A stretch of 64,000 bases of DNA, taken from Paramoeba atlantica. Its lineage: Eukaryota; Protista; Discosea. The position numbers and the translations under genes were made by a program. Of the stretch, positions 1 through 8,817 are shown piece by piece; positions within the stretch are counted from its first letter, which is position 1; each line of letters begins with the position of its first letter. The stretch covers positions 310,001 through 374,000 of the forward strand of contig CDRNVI010000043.1 in assembly GCA_977017575.1 (NCBI GenBank), read 5' to 3'. Below the pieces are notes generated by a model. That model worked only from the letters and a program-made list of their open reading frames with translations. It did not search any database and was not told the DNA's origin.

Positions 1-1171
1 TTTGATCTTGAGCAAATTGACGAGAACGCACGACAGATATATTGCCCAATCTGGTTACGGCTCTGGAATTCATGTCGCACGAAAATTCTCCATCTCTATA
101 AACGGTCAAGCCCTCCTTTAATGTCAACTGAAACCAATCGCGACAGGTTACTCGGTTTCCCGTCCAATTGTGAAAGTATTCATGACCTACTACCCCCTCA
201 ATGTACTCGTAGTCAAAGTCCGTGGCAGTTTTTGAGTCAGCAACTATAACCTTCGTATTGAAAATGTTCAAAGATTTATTCTCCATTGCTCCCATATTGA
301 AATCGTCCACAGCGACAACATTGAACAAGTCTAAATCGTATTCGCGACCGAAGGTTACCTCGTCCCATTTCATTGCCTTCTTTAGAGATGCCATTGCGTG
401 ATCAAGTCTATTTAAATAGCATTCATCTGAGTACATGTGAAGGGCTACATTTCTACCGGACATAGTTTCGAAACTGTCGGTCTTCCTGGATAATTTGCCA
501 GCAACGATCGCAAACAGGTAAGAGGGTTTAGGAAAAGGATCAACCCATCTTGTAAAGTGAAATCCTGGACGGCCTTGCATTTTCCCTGATTCGGAAAGAT
601 TTCCATTGCACAACAAGACCGGATATCGACTTTCTTCTGCAATCAAAAGCGCATCAAACTTAGATAATACGTCAGGTCGATCAAAGGCATAAGTAATGGC
701 ACGAAACCCCTCGGCTTCGCACTGCGTACAAAAGGTCCCTCCGCTCTTATACAAACCTTCAAGCTCTGTATTCTTTTGTGGCTGAATACAAACTTCAGTT
801 GAAAGCTTCCACACATCAATAGTTGGCTCCTTTTCTTGATGTAGTAAATTGGGGGAGAGGTGGAGATTTTGATTTATTAGTTCATAGTTTTCTCCACGCT
901 TCAGGACATAACCATTCAGCTTAAATTCATTTAATTGTAGCATTTTGTGGCCATGAAGTAGCAATCCATGTTCCTTAACGTATTGAAGAGGAGTACGTCC
1001 GTGTGCTTCAAGAAATGCGATGTCGGTGTGATCTTTCAAAACTATTTCAGTTGCACATTTTACAAGCGTAGACTCCTCGCCCAGTTCTATGTTCAAGGAT
1101 ATCTTCTGCACCTTAATGGGCAATGGTTTATATTCTTTGCGGTAAGTCAGCTTTGCGATGTCCGTACACAT
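1..1171 (-). CDS. pepN: Aminopeptidase N (M1 family, PepN-type), runs off the window edge
   Basis: Not in the ORF track because it has no stop in the window. Manual translation from ATG at 1171 gives MCTDIAKLTYRKEYKP...GLYKSGGTFCTQCEAEGFRAITY..DRPDV...DPFPKPSYLFAIVAG...DDFNMGAMENKSLNIFN...GHEYFHNWTGNRVTCRDWFQLTLKEGLTVYRD, with GAMEN and HExxH motifs in frame. Confidence 0.95.
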   Translation of the reverse strand, partial: MCTDIAKLTYRKEYKPLPIKVQKISLNIELGEESTLVKCATEIVLKDHTDIAFLEAHGRTPLQYVKEHGLLLHGHKMLQLNEFKLNGYVLKRGENYELINQNLHLSPNLLHQEKEPTIDVWKLSTEVCIQPQKNTELEGLYKSGGTFCTQCEAEGFRAITYAFDRPDVLSKFDALLIAEESRYPVLLCNGNLSESGKMQGRPGFHFTRWVDPFPKPSYLFAIVAGKLSRKTDSFETMSGRNVALHMYSDECYLNRLDHAMASLKKAMKWDEVTFGREYDLDLFNVVAVDDFNMGAMENKSLNIFNTKVIVADSKTATDFDYEYIEGVVGHEYFHNWTGNRVTCRDWFQLTLKEGLTVYRDGEFSCDMNSRAVTRLGNISVVRSRQFAQDQ

Positions 1172-1336
1172 TTTTTCAAAAGAAAAGTAAGAAATGCAGG
1201 ATGGAAAATGAATAACAAGCGTATTTTTGTGAAAGTGAATAGCAAAATTCTTCCGTGTTTAGACAAGAGCCCAAAAAGCAAAATAAAACCAATCCTCGAA
1301 TCTATAACAGTTATAGATTCCATCATAAAATGATAT

Positions 1337-2668
1337 GTTAACCCCCCTAGGCCCACCGGAAGCCTACCCCCCCCCCCCCCTTGGTCCTACCCCCGAACCC
1401 CGCAGCGGTACCAGTCCTGTACCGCCGCCTGCACAATCTGGGCATTCCCTCTCTGGATGGCCACCCCGATGGCCATTAAGAGATGGGCGAGACACCCATT
1501 CTTGTCCGATGAGTGGGCCCGGGCCACCTTGTTGAGGAAGGTCAAGGTTTCTGGGCCCGGGATCCCGTACGTGGAGAAGGCCAGAGGGTGGAATTCCATG
1601 CCCCTCACCAGCGCCATCTCCTCATGAGAGCGCCTTTTGTTGGCCTGAGCCATCCTCAGCGTGTGAGATGGCTCCGCGGCCTCCTTCTCCACGTACGACG
1701 GGGCCAGTGGGTTCACAACTGTGACGTCAACCAGGACGATCTTCCGTCCCAGCTGGAAACAGATGTCTGGCCCCCGTCCATTGTCGAACCTCGGCTCGTG
1801 GAGGTCCGGGTTGAACCCATAATGGACCAAGAGGTTCCGAAACGTCTCTTTGACGTTTTCTCTTTGACTGAGTTTTCCCCTTCACCTTCTTGCAGTCCAG
1901 TGCGTGTACGCAAAACTCCTCATTGCTGAGGGTTGCACCGCACACGCACTGGAGCTCAGGCTCCGAGGTCGGGGCGACCAGGTACCGGAGGCGGGCCGCA
2001 GTCTCACACTGCGGATCCCGCATGTAGCACTCCGGCCTATTTGGCAGGGCACTCATCCACTTGGTGGAGTGCACATTCTGGATCTGTCGCATGCAGACCA
2101 GTTGGGTTGCCGTTGGGGCGTTCCCCAGGGCTGCCGCACAAAGGTTGCGTCGTAGATCCGTGGCAGAAATTCCAGGTGCTATGCCTTGAAGGGCGTTTTT
2201 CGCCTTAACCTGCATATCCTGGGCCTTGTGCTCGAAGGGGATGGTCCCCAGGAAATCTGCCGTAAAAAGGTTATTAGTAAACGGCGTTTTCCCCAGGGAA
2301 CCCATCCCCCCGAGCAGGGCCTCGGCACATGCCATGACGGCCTTATCAACCTGGTCGTTGGCCCTTTTGGTTACCGGAGGCTCATGCGTCCTCACAATGA
2401 AGTCCCATCTGGGGCTTCCGCAGAGCCTCAGGAGGGGCATGGCGCATTGCCTGCTGATCTCCTTCAATTTCTCGAGGAAGGAGATCACCTTGGGGCTCCT
2501 GGAAAGAACTCAATCCTCCTCCTTGTCCTCGGACTCCCCGATGTACGCCCCCAGGAGTTTTAACCCCCCTGGGGAATGTATCATCCGAGTCCCAGAGAAC
2601 TCCGTGAAGACTTTTTCGTGCCTTGTGGCAACTTTACACTTGGCGGCGTTCAGCCGTAGCAAAACATG
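1337..2668 (-). mobile_element. 5'-truncated, frameshifted non-LTR retrotransposon (CRE/SLACS/CZAR-like, RLE endonuclease)
   Basis: Three successive frames: RT C-terminus (LRLNAAKCKV...GLKLLGAYIG, to 2510); thumb region and CCHC knuckle (LLRLCGSPRWDFIVRTHEP...CVCG..FCVHALDC, 1727-2488); restriction-like endonuclease (GPDICFQLGRKIVLVDVTV..KRRSH..FHPLAFSTYG, 1387-1830). Candidate TSD TAAAATGA(T/C)AT at 1326-1336 and 2669-2679. Confidence 0.85.
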
Positions 2669-2937
2669 TAAAATGACATTGCTAAAAAACATATTTTATC
2701 TCTGTCCTCGTATAAAAAGGGAACCGAAATCAGGGTCCACGCAAGACATACTTTATTACCCAGCACCACGTCTCCCTTACAGTAAATACTAAGCTTAGAT
2801 GCAACTTTACGCAACAAAATCAGTTTGACGTGCAATGTTGATATCATAAGATTTGATCAATGGATTGACAGATAAGGGTTTTTCATCAGAGAGTTATTTC
2901 GCCTGGAGGATATACTCTACTAGGCTTCGTCGAAAAG

Positions 2938-2988
2938 GACAAATAAGTGGGGGGTGGAGCTGTGACAAATAAGTGGGGGGGGCACAGT
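2938..2988. mobile_element. Solo right-end TIR of a TA-targeting DNA transposon
   Basis: GACAAATAAGTGGGGGG twice, 26 bp apart, ending GGGGGGGCACAG-TA; resembles the GGGGGGGTCACAG-TA end of the 3767-6655 element. No matching left end seen. Confidence 0.55.
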
Positions 2989-3133
2989 ACATCAATCTAT
3001 CTCATTGCAGATGATGAATCAGCATCCTCGTTAACATGTACACTTCCGTCCAAGAATACATGTATTTTACATGTTGTACATGTTGTACATTTTATTGAAA
3101 AATGTCCATCCAAAAAATGGCACCGTTCTGCGG

Positions 3134-3182
3134 CTCATGATTGGGAAGTACACTTCCTCATGATTGGGAAGTAAACTTCCTC
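3134..3182. repeat. Tandem 23-bp repeat, 2 copies, each with a GGAAG-NNNN-CTTCC hairpin
   Basis: CTCATGATTGGGAAGTA(C/A)ACTTC at 3134 and 3157. Confidence 0.85.
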
Positions 3183-4021
3183 GCTTGGCTGAGCATACCC
3201 CTTCCCGAAAACTGGCGCGATGCCTAGCAGATGAAGTCGCGGTATAAAATTGAAAGTATGAAAGAGGACTTCACGTAAGACAGGGCAGTGCCCAATGAAC
3301 TTCATTGAATGAAGCGAAAACGTGTGCAGAATTAAAGAAATCGATGGCTAGAAGAAAATTACGGACTTCTTTATCTTTTTTTATCTCCCCTCCCTCAAAT
3401 CGCGAACAAGTACAATTACATAATTCCCGTGATTGACAACAAGACTCGTACAGCACCGTCCCAACAGACAGTTTTCATGCAGTTTTTCGTATATAACGGC
3501 GTACAAACAAGATCTCGTAGGCATCTAAAGGTGAACCACGAAACGGAGGGCTAATCGACGATGGCTTTTGCGTTTGAACGAAAATTCTTTTGCAAATTCA
3601 TCAGAGGCTATGTACTGTTTCAGAAAAAAAATCTTTTTTCGGCGGGTTTTCACTGCTTATGGTGCGCTTTTTGCTTCATTTACTACGAACTTTCGGCTCC
3701 TCACTTATTTACGGAGCAAGTTGCAGCGGCCATGCGCACACGCTTGGCATAAATGATTTTGATTTACTGTGACCCCCCCTTTAATATGGACAGGGGGTAT
3801 TCCCCCCCCTTTATTGGACAAATCCGACCTTTATGGACCAAATCCTATATGGACCCTTTATGGACAAATCCGACCGGGCGCCGCGCAGCCGCGCCAATTT
3901 TTTTGGCGTACCCTTTTTTTTGTCTCTTTTTTTCTGTTTTTTAGGGTATCTGTAGCTAGGTAATTTTGTCAGCTTTCACATAGTTCGTCATGTTCATATA
4001 ATTCAGTCATTTTTCAACCTA

Positions 4022-5281
4022 ATGAATTCCGTGGAAGGACCCTTAACCTCTTGGATTAAGGCAACACCCCCAAAGCCACAGGTAGGTAATCGAACAATGT
4101 TGATTACAAATGAGCGCAATGTCCACGCTTCTTTAGATATCCACGTAAAGGAGAAAAGGGGACGAACTGAGCTTAATATATACGAGAAGCGCGAAATCTG
4201 CCGATCGACTCTCTCGGTAAAAAGAATCCGAGAAAAATACGGAATTTCGCGAAGCGGAGTATATGAAATCCGTAGTCACGGTATGAGCTACTTTCAAAAA
4301 CTCATTGATCGTTCCATGGGGAACAACCACAGGAATCGTGCTTTTAACGTTCGAGGAGGCGACTACAATGATCCCGAAGCAGCCTGCTACAACAAGTCTG
4401 AGGCAATGGAACGGGTACACCGCTCCTGCGTCCAAGCTTCCTCGTTATGGTGTCCCCTCATCAGAAATATCGTCATCGACATGATACGACAAAATACGGG
4501 ATTGACTTCAATTAGTGCTTTGGAAGACACTTATGCGAAGTTCAGACGGTACTATGGTTGGGTGTGGTGGCGGTGGGGCAGAATACAGTGCTTAGCCCCC
4601 GCTGATGTGAACCTCAGAATTTCTCGTTGGGCTGAAAAGCTCTACGTTCAAAACACAGTCCGTTGCTACCGTTTCGCGCTTTTCGGGGATGAACCCGCCA
4701 TGTTTGTCAATGGAGAGGTGCAAGGGCACACACTTGCTCCGGTAGGGTGCCCGCAACCTAAGGTAGTGGATACAAACCCAAAGGAAACAGTAACCGCATT
4801 TCTTGCGGGCGTCTATGATTTAGGGGCCGACGAAGTTTACCCACTCCACCCGACTGTAATTTTTGAGCACGGAGCGAAGCGCAGAGAAAGCTCAACAATT
4901 TATTCGGAAATGACAAGTTACGCGAATAAATTGAAAGGGATATTTATTGATGTGAGCTCTTCTGGATGGGTGCGAGATGATATATATCCCCGCATGATGC
5001 ACTGTGACCCGCACACAATTCCGGTCGGGTGCACGAAAGCGATCCAAATTCACGACCGTGTATTCAATCGCCTATTTAAGAGGGCGTACAATGAGTTGCT
5101 CAGTACATGGCGAATACAGAACTCTTCGTGTAAGGTAACTCGTTATTTGGTGCTGGAGTGGATAAAAGAGGCCCATTCGAGAGTGTGGGTAAAGCATCAC
5201 AACACTATTCTTAACGCCGCCCGCAGGTACATCAAGCAATCAGCTAGAGTATCCAAAGAGCGAGAAGGATCCCGAAAGTGA
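4022..5281 (+). CDS. pogo/CENP-B-like transposase (HTH + DDE_1-like), probably defective
   Basis: N-terminal HTH (LNIYEKREIC..SVKRIREKYGISRSGVYEI), second HTH (YAKFRRYYGW), FGDEP (first Asp), KETVTAF, SSGWV, IPVGCTKAIQIHD..FKRAY (third Asp), WIKEAH. The segment normally carrying the second Asp looks deleted. Confidence 0.8.
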   Translation: MNSVEGPLTSWIKATPPKPQVGNRTMLITNERNVHASLDIHVKEKRGRTELNIYEKREICRSTLSVKRIREKYGISRSGVYEIRSHGMSYFQKLIDRSMGNNHRNRAFNVRGGDYNDPEAACYNKSEAMERVHRSCVQASSLWCPLIRNIVIDMIRQNTGLTSISALEDTYAKFRRYYGWVWWRWGRIQCLAPADVNLRISRWAEKLYVQNTVRCYRFALFGDEPAMFVNGEVQGHTLAPVGCPQPKVVDTNPKETVTAFLAGVYDLGADEVYPLHPTVIFEHGAKRRESSTIYSEMTSYANKLKGIFIDVSSSGWVRDDIYPRMMHCDPHTIPVGCTKAIQIHDRVFNRLFKRAYNELLSTWRIQNSSCKVTRYLVLEWIKEAHSRVWVKHHNTILNAARRYIKQSARVSKEREGSRK

Positions 5282-5519
5282 ACCAACCAGAAAAGCGAAA
5301 GCTGAGATAAAAGTCCGTGAGGAAATTTCAACACAAATAGAGTCTTCACGAAATGAGCCGATTATTGTGCCGGAAACAGAGGAGACTCCTCCCACCCTGG
5401 TTGATACGTGGAAAAATTTTCGACGTCCCAAAAGCTATCTTACCACGCACGCGGTGGATCAGCTCTGCCAAAACGTAATGGAGGTATATCGGGAATAGCC
5501 TAATGTAGACAGGCATCCC

Positions 5520-6095
5520 ATGTTCCTAAATACCGGACAGACGCAGCTGATGTTAGGCCTGGGCCGCAAGCCAAAACAGCATATTACATCGGTTCGTCGA
5601 ATAGCCGCGGCTTTAATTTTTAATGGGCATTTTATCCTTGTCAATTTCCAGAGGTTTGGGCTAACTGTTTTCGACAGTTACGAAACATATTGTCCCTCTG
5701 CTCGATCTGATTTTCTGAACAGCATCATGATTCACATGCGTCCACTGATAGGTTTCTCTGCGGAGATGAAGATTAAATACGCCGCAGTGCCGCAACAGCA
5801 ACCAATGACGAATGAATGCGCGCTCCATTTGGTAAACAATCTGTGTAACTCGCTTTTTTTGGTTCCCGTGGAGAACAAGCTCACACGCAAAAACATCTCA
5901 AAAACATGGCGACCATGCGTTCCCGGTACTCTGTCTCATCGTCCTGCCCTCACTGAAGAGCTTCACGATGAGGAAATAATTGACACTCAAGATTGTTTAG
6001 GGCAACTAATACTTCATCCAGACAATGACCGCGGGGACATGGACACAGAGGGGTGGGATCAGTCAGTAGCGTATGATGATACTTTTGAATTGTAA
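5520..6095 (+). CDS. Ulp1-like (peptidase C48, SUMO/NEDD8-type) cysteine protease domain inside the transposon
   Basis: GHFILV (His), VFDS (Asp), PQQQPMTNECALH (Gln, Cys) in canonical order. The same frame is open upstream from 5193 apart from one TAG at 5496. Confidence 0.8.
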   Translation: MFLNTGQTQLMLGLGRKPKQHITSVRRIAAALIFNGHFILVNFQRFGLTVFDSYETYCPSARSDFLNSIMIHMRPLIGFSAEMKIKYAAVPQQQPMTNECALHLVNNLCNSLFLVPVENKLTRKNISKTWRPCVPGTLSHRPALTEELHDEEIIDTQDCLGQLILHPDNDRGDMDTEGWDQSVAYDDTFEL

Positions 6096-6657
6096 AAGGG
6101 CTGTTATTTTATTTTGTTATGATAAGTTTACGTGGGGGTTTTTCCGTGAGCTCTTAACGTTGGTCTTGTTTTTTCCCGTTGTGAACGTAAGTTCTTTCTT
6201 TCCACCTTTAGTTCATTTGTGTGAAACTTTGTATGAGTAGGAAGTTTGGGCTCGATTTTTACGTTAGAACATCTACAATTTAACTGAATGGAACCTTTAT
6301 AGCTACACGGAATATAGAGCTGAATGTGAGCATGCATGATTTTTTGCTTGTTGTTAATTTTTTATTCCTAATTATAGTGTACATCAATAATGTATATCCT
6401 CCATGTATCCTTCACCCTAATGAAGAAGTGCCCCTTCACTCCTCATTGATGCCCTCCTCCCCCGCCCTCTTGCTCTGCTCTCCTCGCCCTCTCTCCTGGA
6501 CATGGATTTTACAATTTTGATTTTTTGTCGCATTATAAGTAAAAAAGGGGCCGCGAAGCGGCGCCGAATTTTTTTTCACACGCCTTTCATCGCCCCCCCC
6601 CCCTTTATTATGGACAAAAGCCGAAAAAGTGTCCATATTAAAGGGGGGGTCACAGTA

Positions 6658-6960
6658 CTATCCCTTAATAGGGCTACGTGTCACCCCCCCTTTAATAGGG
6701 CCATTTTGTCTGGAAGACCAAAAAAGATTTCAGGGAAAATGCCAAAAAATTGTCGAATGCGCCGCGAAGCGGCGATTTTCTTTTCCGCATCTACCCCAAC
6801 AACCAAAAGTGTATCAAAAGGGAGTAGGACCTTGTTTCACAACGATAAAAAAGGCGCCGCGAAGCTGCGCCGATTTTTTTCTTTCATATTATTTTCCATG
6901 TCTCCCCCTTTATTAAGGCCTTTTGCCCAAAATCGGAGTCCTATTAAATAGGGGGGATAG
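6658..6960. mobile_element. 303-bp TA-flanked MITE
   Basis: Ends CTATCCC-TTAATAGGGCT and reverse-complement CTATCCCCCCTATTTAATAGGACT (6-bp indel); TA at 6656-57 (shared with the pogo element) and 6961-62; no ORF. Confidence 0.75.
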
Positions 6961-7578
6961 TAACTAACTTAACAGCGCAACACACTCGCTGGCTCAAGTA
7001 CAGAAGACTATCCACAACAGCATACGTTGAAAGCTCTGCGTGATCCAGGTTAGTGTCAATCTGTATTAGAAGAATTATTAAACAAATGTTATCTCCCAGT
7101 CTACTCCCGGCGCAGATTACCGAACTCCGCTGGGCCACCACCCTTGTACCGCGGCCTGTATCATCTACGCAGTCCCTTTGAATAGTCACCCCACGGCTAT
7201 CACTAAGAGGGTTGAAACATCCCCAGCCGCACCCGGTCGCACACAGTGTATCTTCAACAGCAAAGACTTACGGCAAGTGAAATTTAGGAGATCCAGAAGG
7301 AACGCTTTCGGGGTACTACTCCCCGAGATGATAACTTTTTCAGTTAATTTGTACGGGTGCTTCACCATGCGCGTATTTTTGCAGAATACAACCCAAAAGA
7401 AAGTGAGACCCGTGTAGACTAAAAACCTTTCACAACATGAACTTTGTGTCCTTACATTGACATAAAACTAACCCACAGTCCGGTTTATCCCAAGTGAGGT
7501 AAAAAAGAACCTATAAAGGGAGAGAGGGGTCGAGGCTATTGTGTAAACGGGGGAGTACAGTAATCATCAAAAAAATTG

Positions 7579-7606
7579 ATAAAGATACAGTTTCTGTACC
7601 TTGTTG
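7579..7606 (+). other. Spliced-leader (mini-exon)-like relic
   Basis: ATAAAGATACAGTTTCTGTACCTTGTTG: contains the conserved kinetoplastid SL core GATACAGTTTCTGTAC plus 7 nt ending in TTG, the same spacing as the SL exon 3' end. Followed by AT, not the GT donor. Confidence 0.65.
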
Positions 7607-7989
7607 ATTTATTTCCTTAATCTCTCTCACGTTCCAAGATTCTAACTCGCTCTAAAGCCAAACAGGAATCAAACTTTGATCGCAAAGCGGGCGCGCACAA
7701 GCTCGGTTCGCGGGACCAATTTCAGGCAAAGACCTAGTTAAAGGCACTGGCACGTACGAGGAAGAGCTGTACACGACATCACTTCCGCCGGATTCTTCTT
7801 CAGAATTAGCACAGCGGGCCAAAGACATTGACCTCAGCATTACCAACTCTATCAAAGGTGTGACACCAGACACAGGGCGTCAGCAAACGAGCTCGGAAGA
7901 AGAATTATTTTCCAGTGTCCGTCCAACCGAGAATTCCGATTTCCAGTTTGAAGGGGCCGCCACTTCTTCACACAGCCAATCGAAATCTA

Positions 7990-8370
7990 GGTCAGATTGA
8001 ACGAAGTTTGCACACTTTGCAAAAATTTTATAAAAGTGACTAAATATCAACGAATTCCAAAGAAAATCAAAATGATGCAGACAAGACAATTTCCGCACAA
8101 AACAATGCCACGTCCAACAAAACTCTTACCAGCGGGCTTAACCTCACTTAACCTCACTAAACGGAAGATGTGTGACATTTCAAGACACCCACAACAAAAC
8201 CCACTATCAAAGTGATTGACCATGATTTCACCAGTACCTGAGAGTGTAAAAAGGTCAAAGATACAAGCAAAGATTCTAAACTACATTTTTTGCAAGCAAC
8301 AGAAAAATAATAATAATAGAGATCGTTTCTAATTTTTTTGAAAAAGTGTGCAAACTTCGTTCAATTCCAC
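7990..8370. mobile_element. 381-bp MITE with 9-bp TSD (Mutator/MULE-like)
   Basis: TSD CGAAATCTA at 7981-7989 and 8371-8379. Inverted repeat ATTGAACGAAGTTTGCACACTTT (23 bp perfect plus about 12 bp imperfect) just inside both ends, which begin with G. Confidence 0.75.
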
Positions 8371-8817
8371 CGAAATCTATATATATTTATAAATCTATAA
8401 ACAAAAAATCTATATTTATAAATCTATAAACAAGGCTGTGAAGGAGAAATGCGAACGCCACATCTGGGGGTTAACTCGTACCAAATACAACTATGATGAC
8501 GAGAGGGTGTAAATCCATATTTCCCACCTCGGCCTTGAGGATGTGTGTTGAAAGGTGCACAGTACGCGTACGAACAAATTCCGCACGATTCGTGCATGTT
8601 GCGTACGGATATTGAGCGAGCGATTGTATCAAAGCTTCGGCCCAAAAAGTTTTCCAAAGAGAAAAATATTCCCGTATTAGAAATTTATCTAGACGTCGAC
8701 ACGTCTCGTTCGATCAGAGGACGGCTTGTCGTGTGCCTTGTTAATCTTTGCCTGGAAAAAAAGATTACACACTTATGATAAAAGACGCCCTCGTCATCAA
8801 ATAAAGAACGTTTTTTT

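Larger units (their letters stand above)
3767..6655 (+). mobile_element. pogo-like (Tc1/mariner superfamily) DNA transposon, 2889 bp, carrying a Ulp1-like protease
   Basis: Perfect 26-bp TIRs CTGTGACCCCCCCTTTAATATGGACA (3767-3792 and 6630-6655), TA on both sides (3765-66 and 6656-57), subterminal CCCTTTA(T)TGGAC repeats, internal transposase and protease ORFs. Confidence 0.92.

Noticed and set aside
3271-7420. Host gene split by the pogo/MITE insertion (joining 6963-7400 to 3270-3764 on the minus strand)
   Set aside because: The joined frame hits several stops and shows no recognisable motif; at most an old pseudogene.
7579-7700. Functional SL RNA gene
   Set aside because: No GT donor after the exon-like TTG, no recognisable 5' AACTAA end, not tandemly repeated; kept only as a relic.
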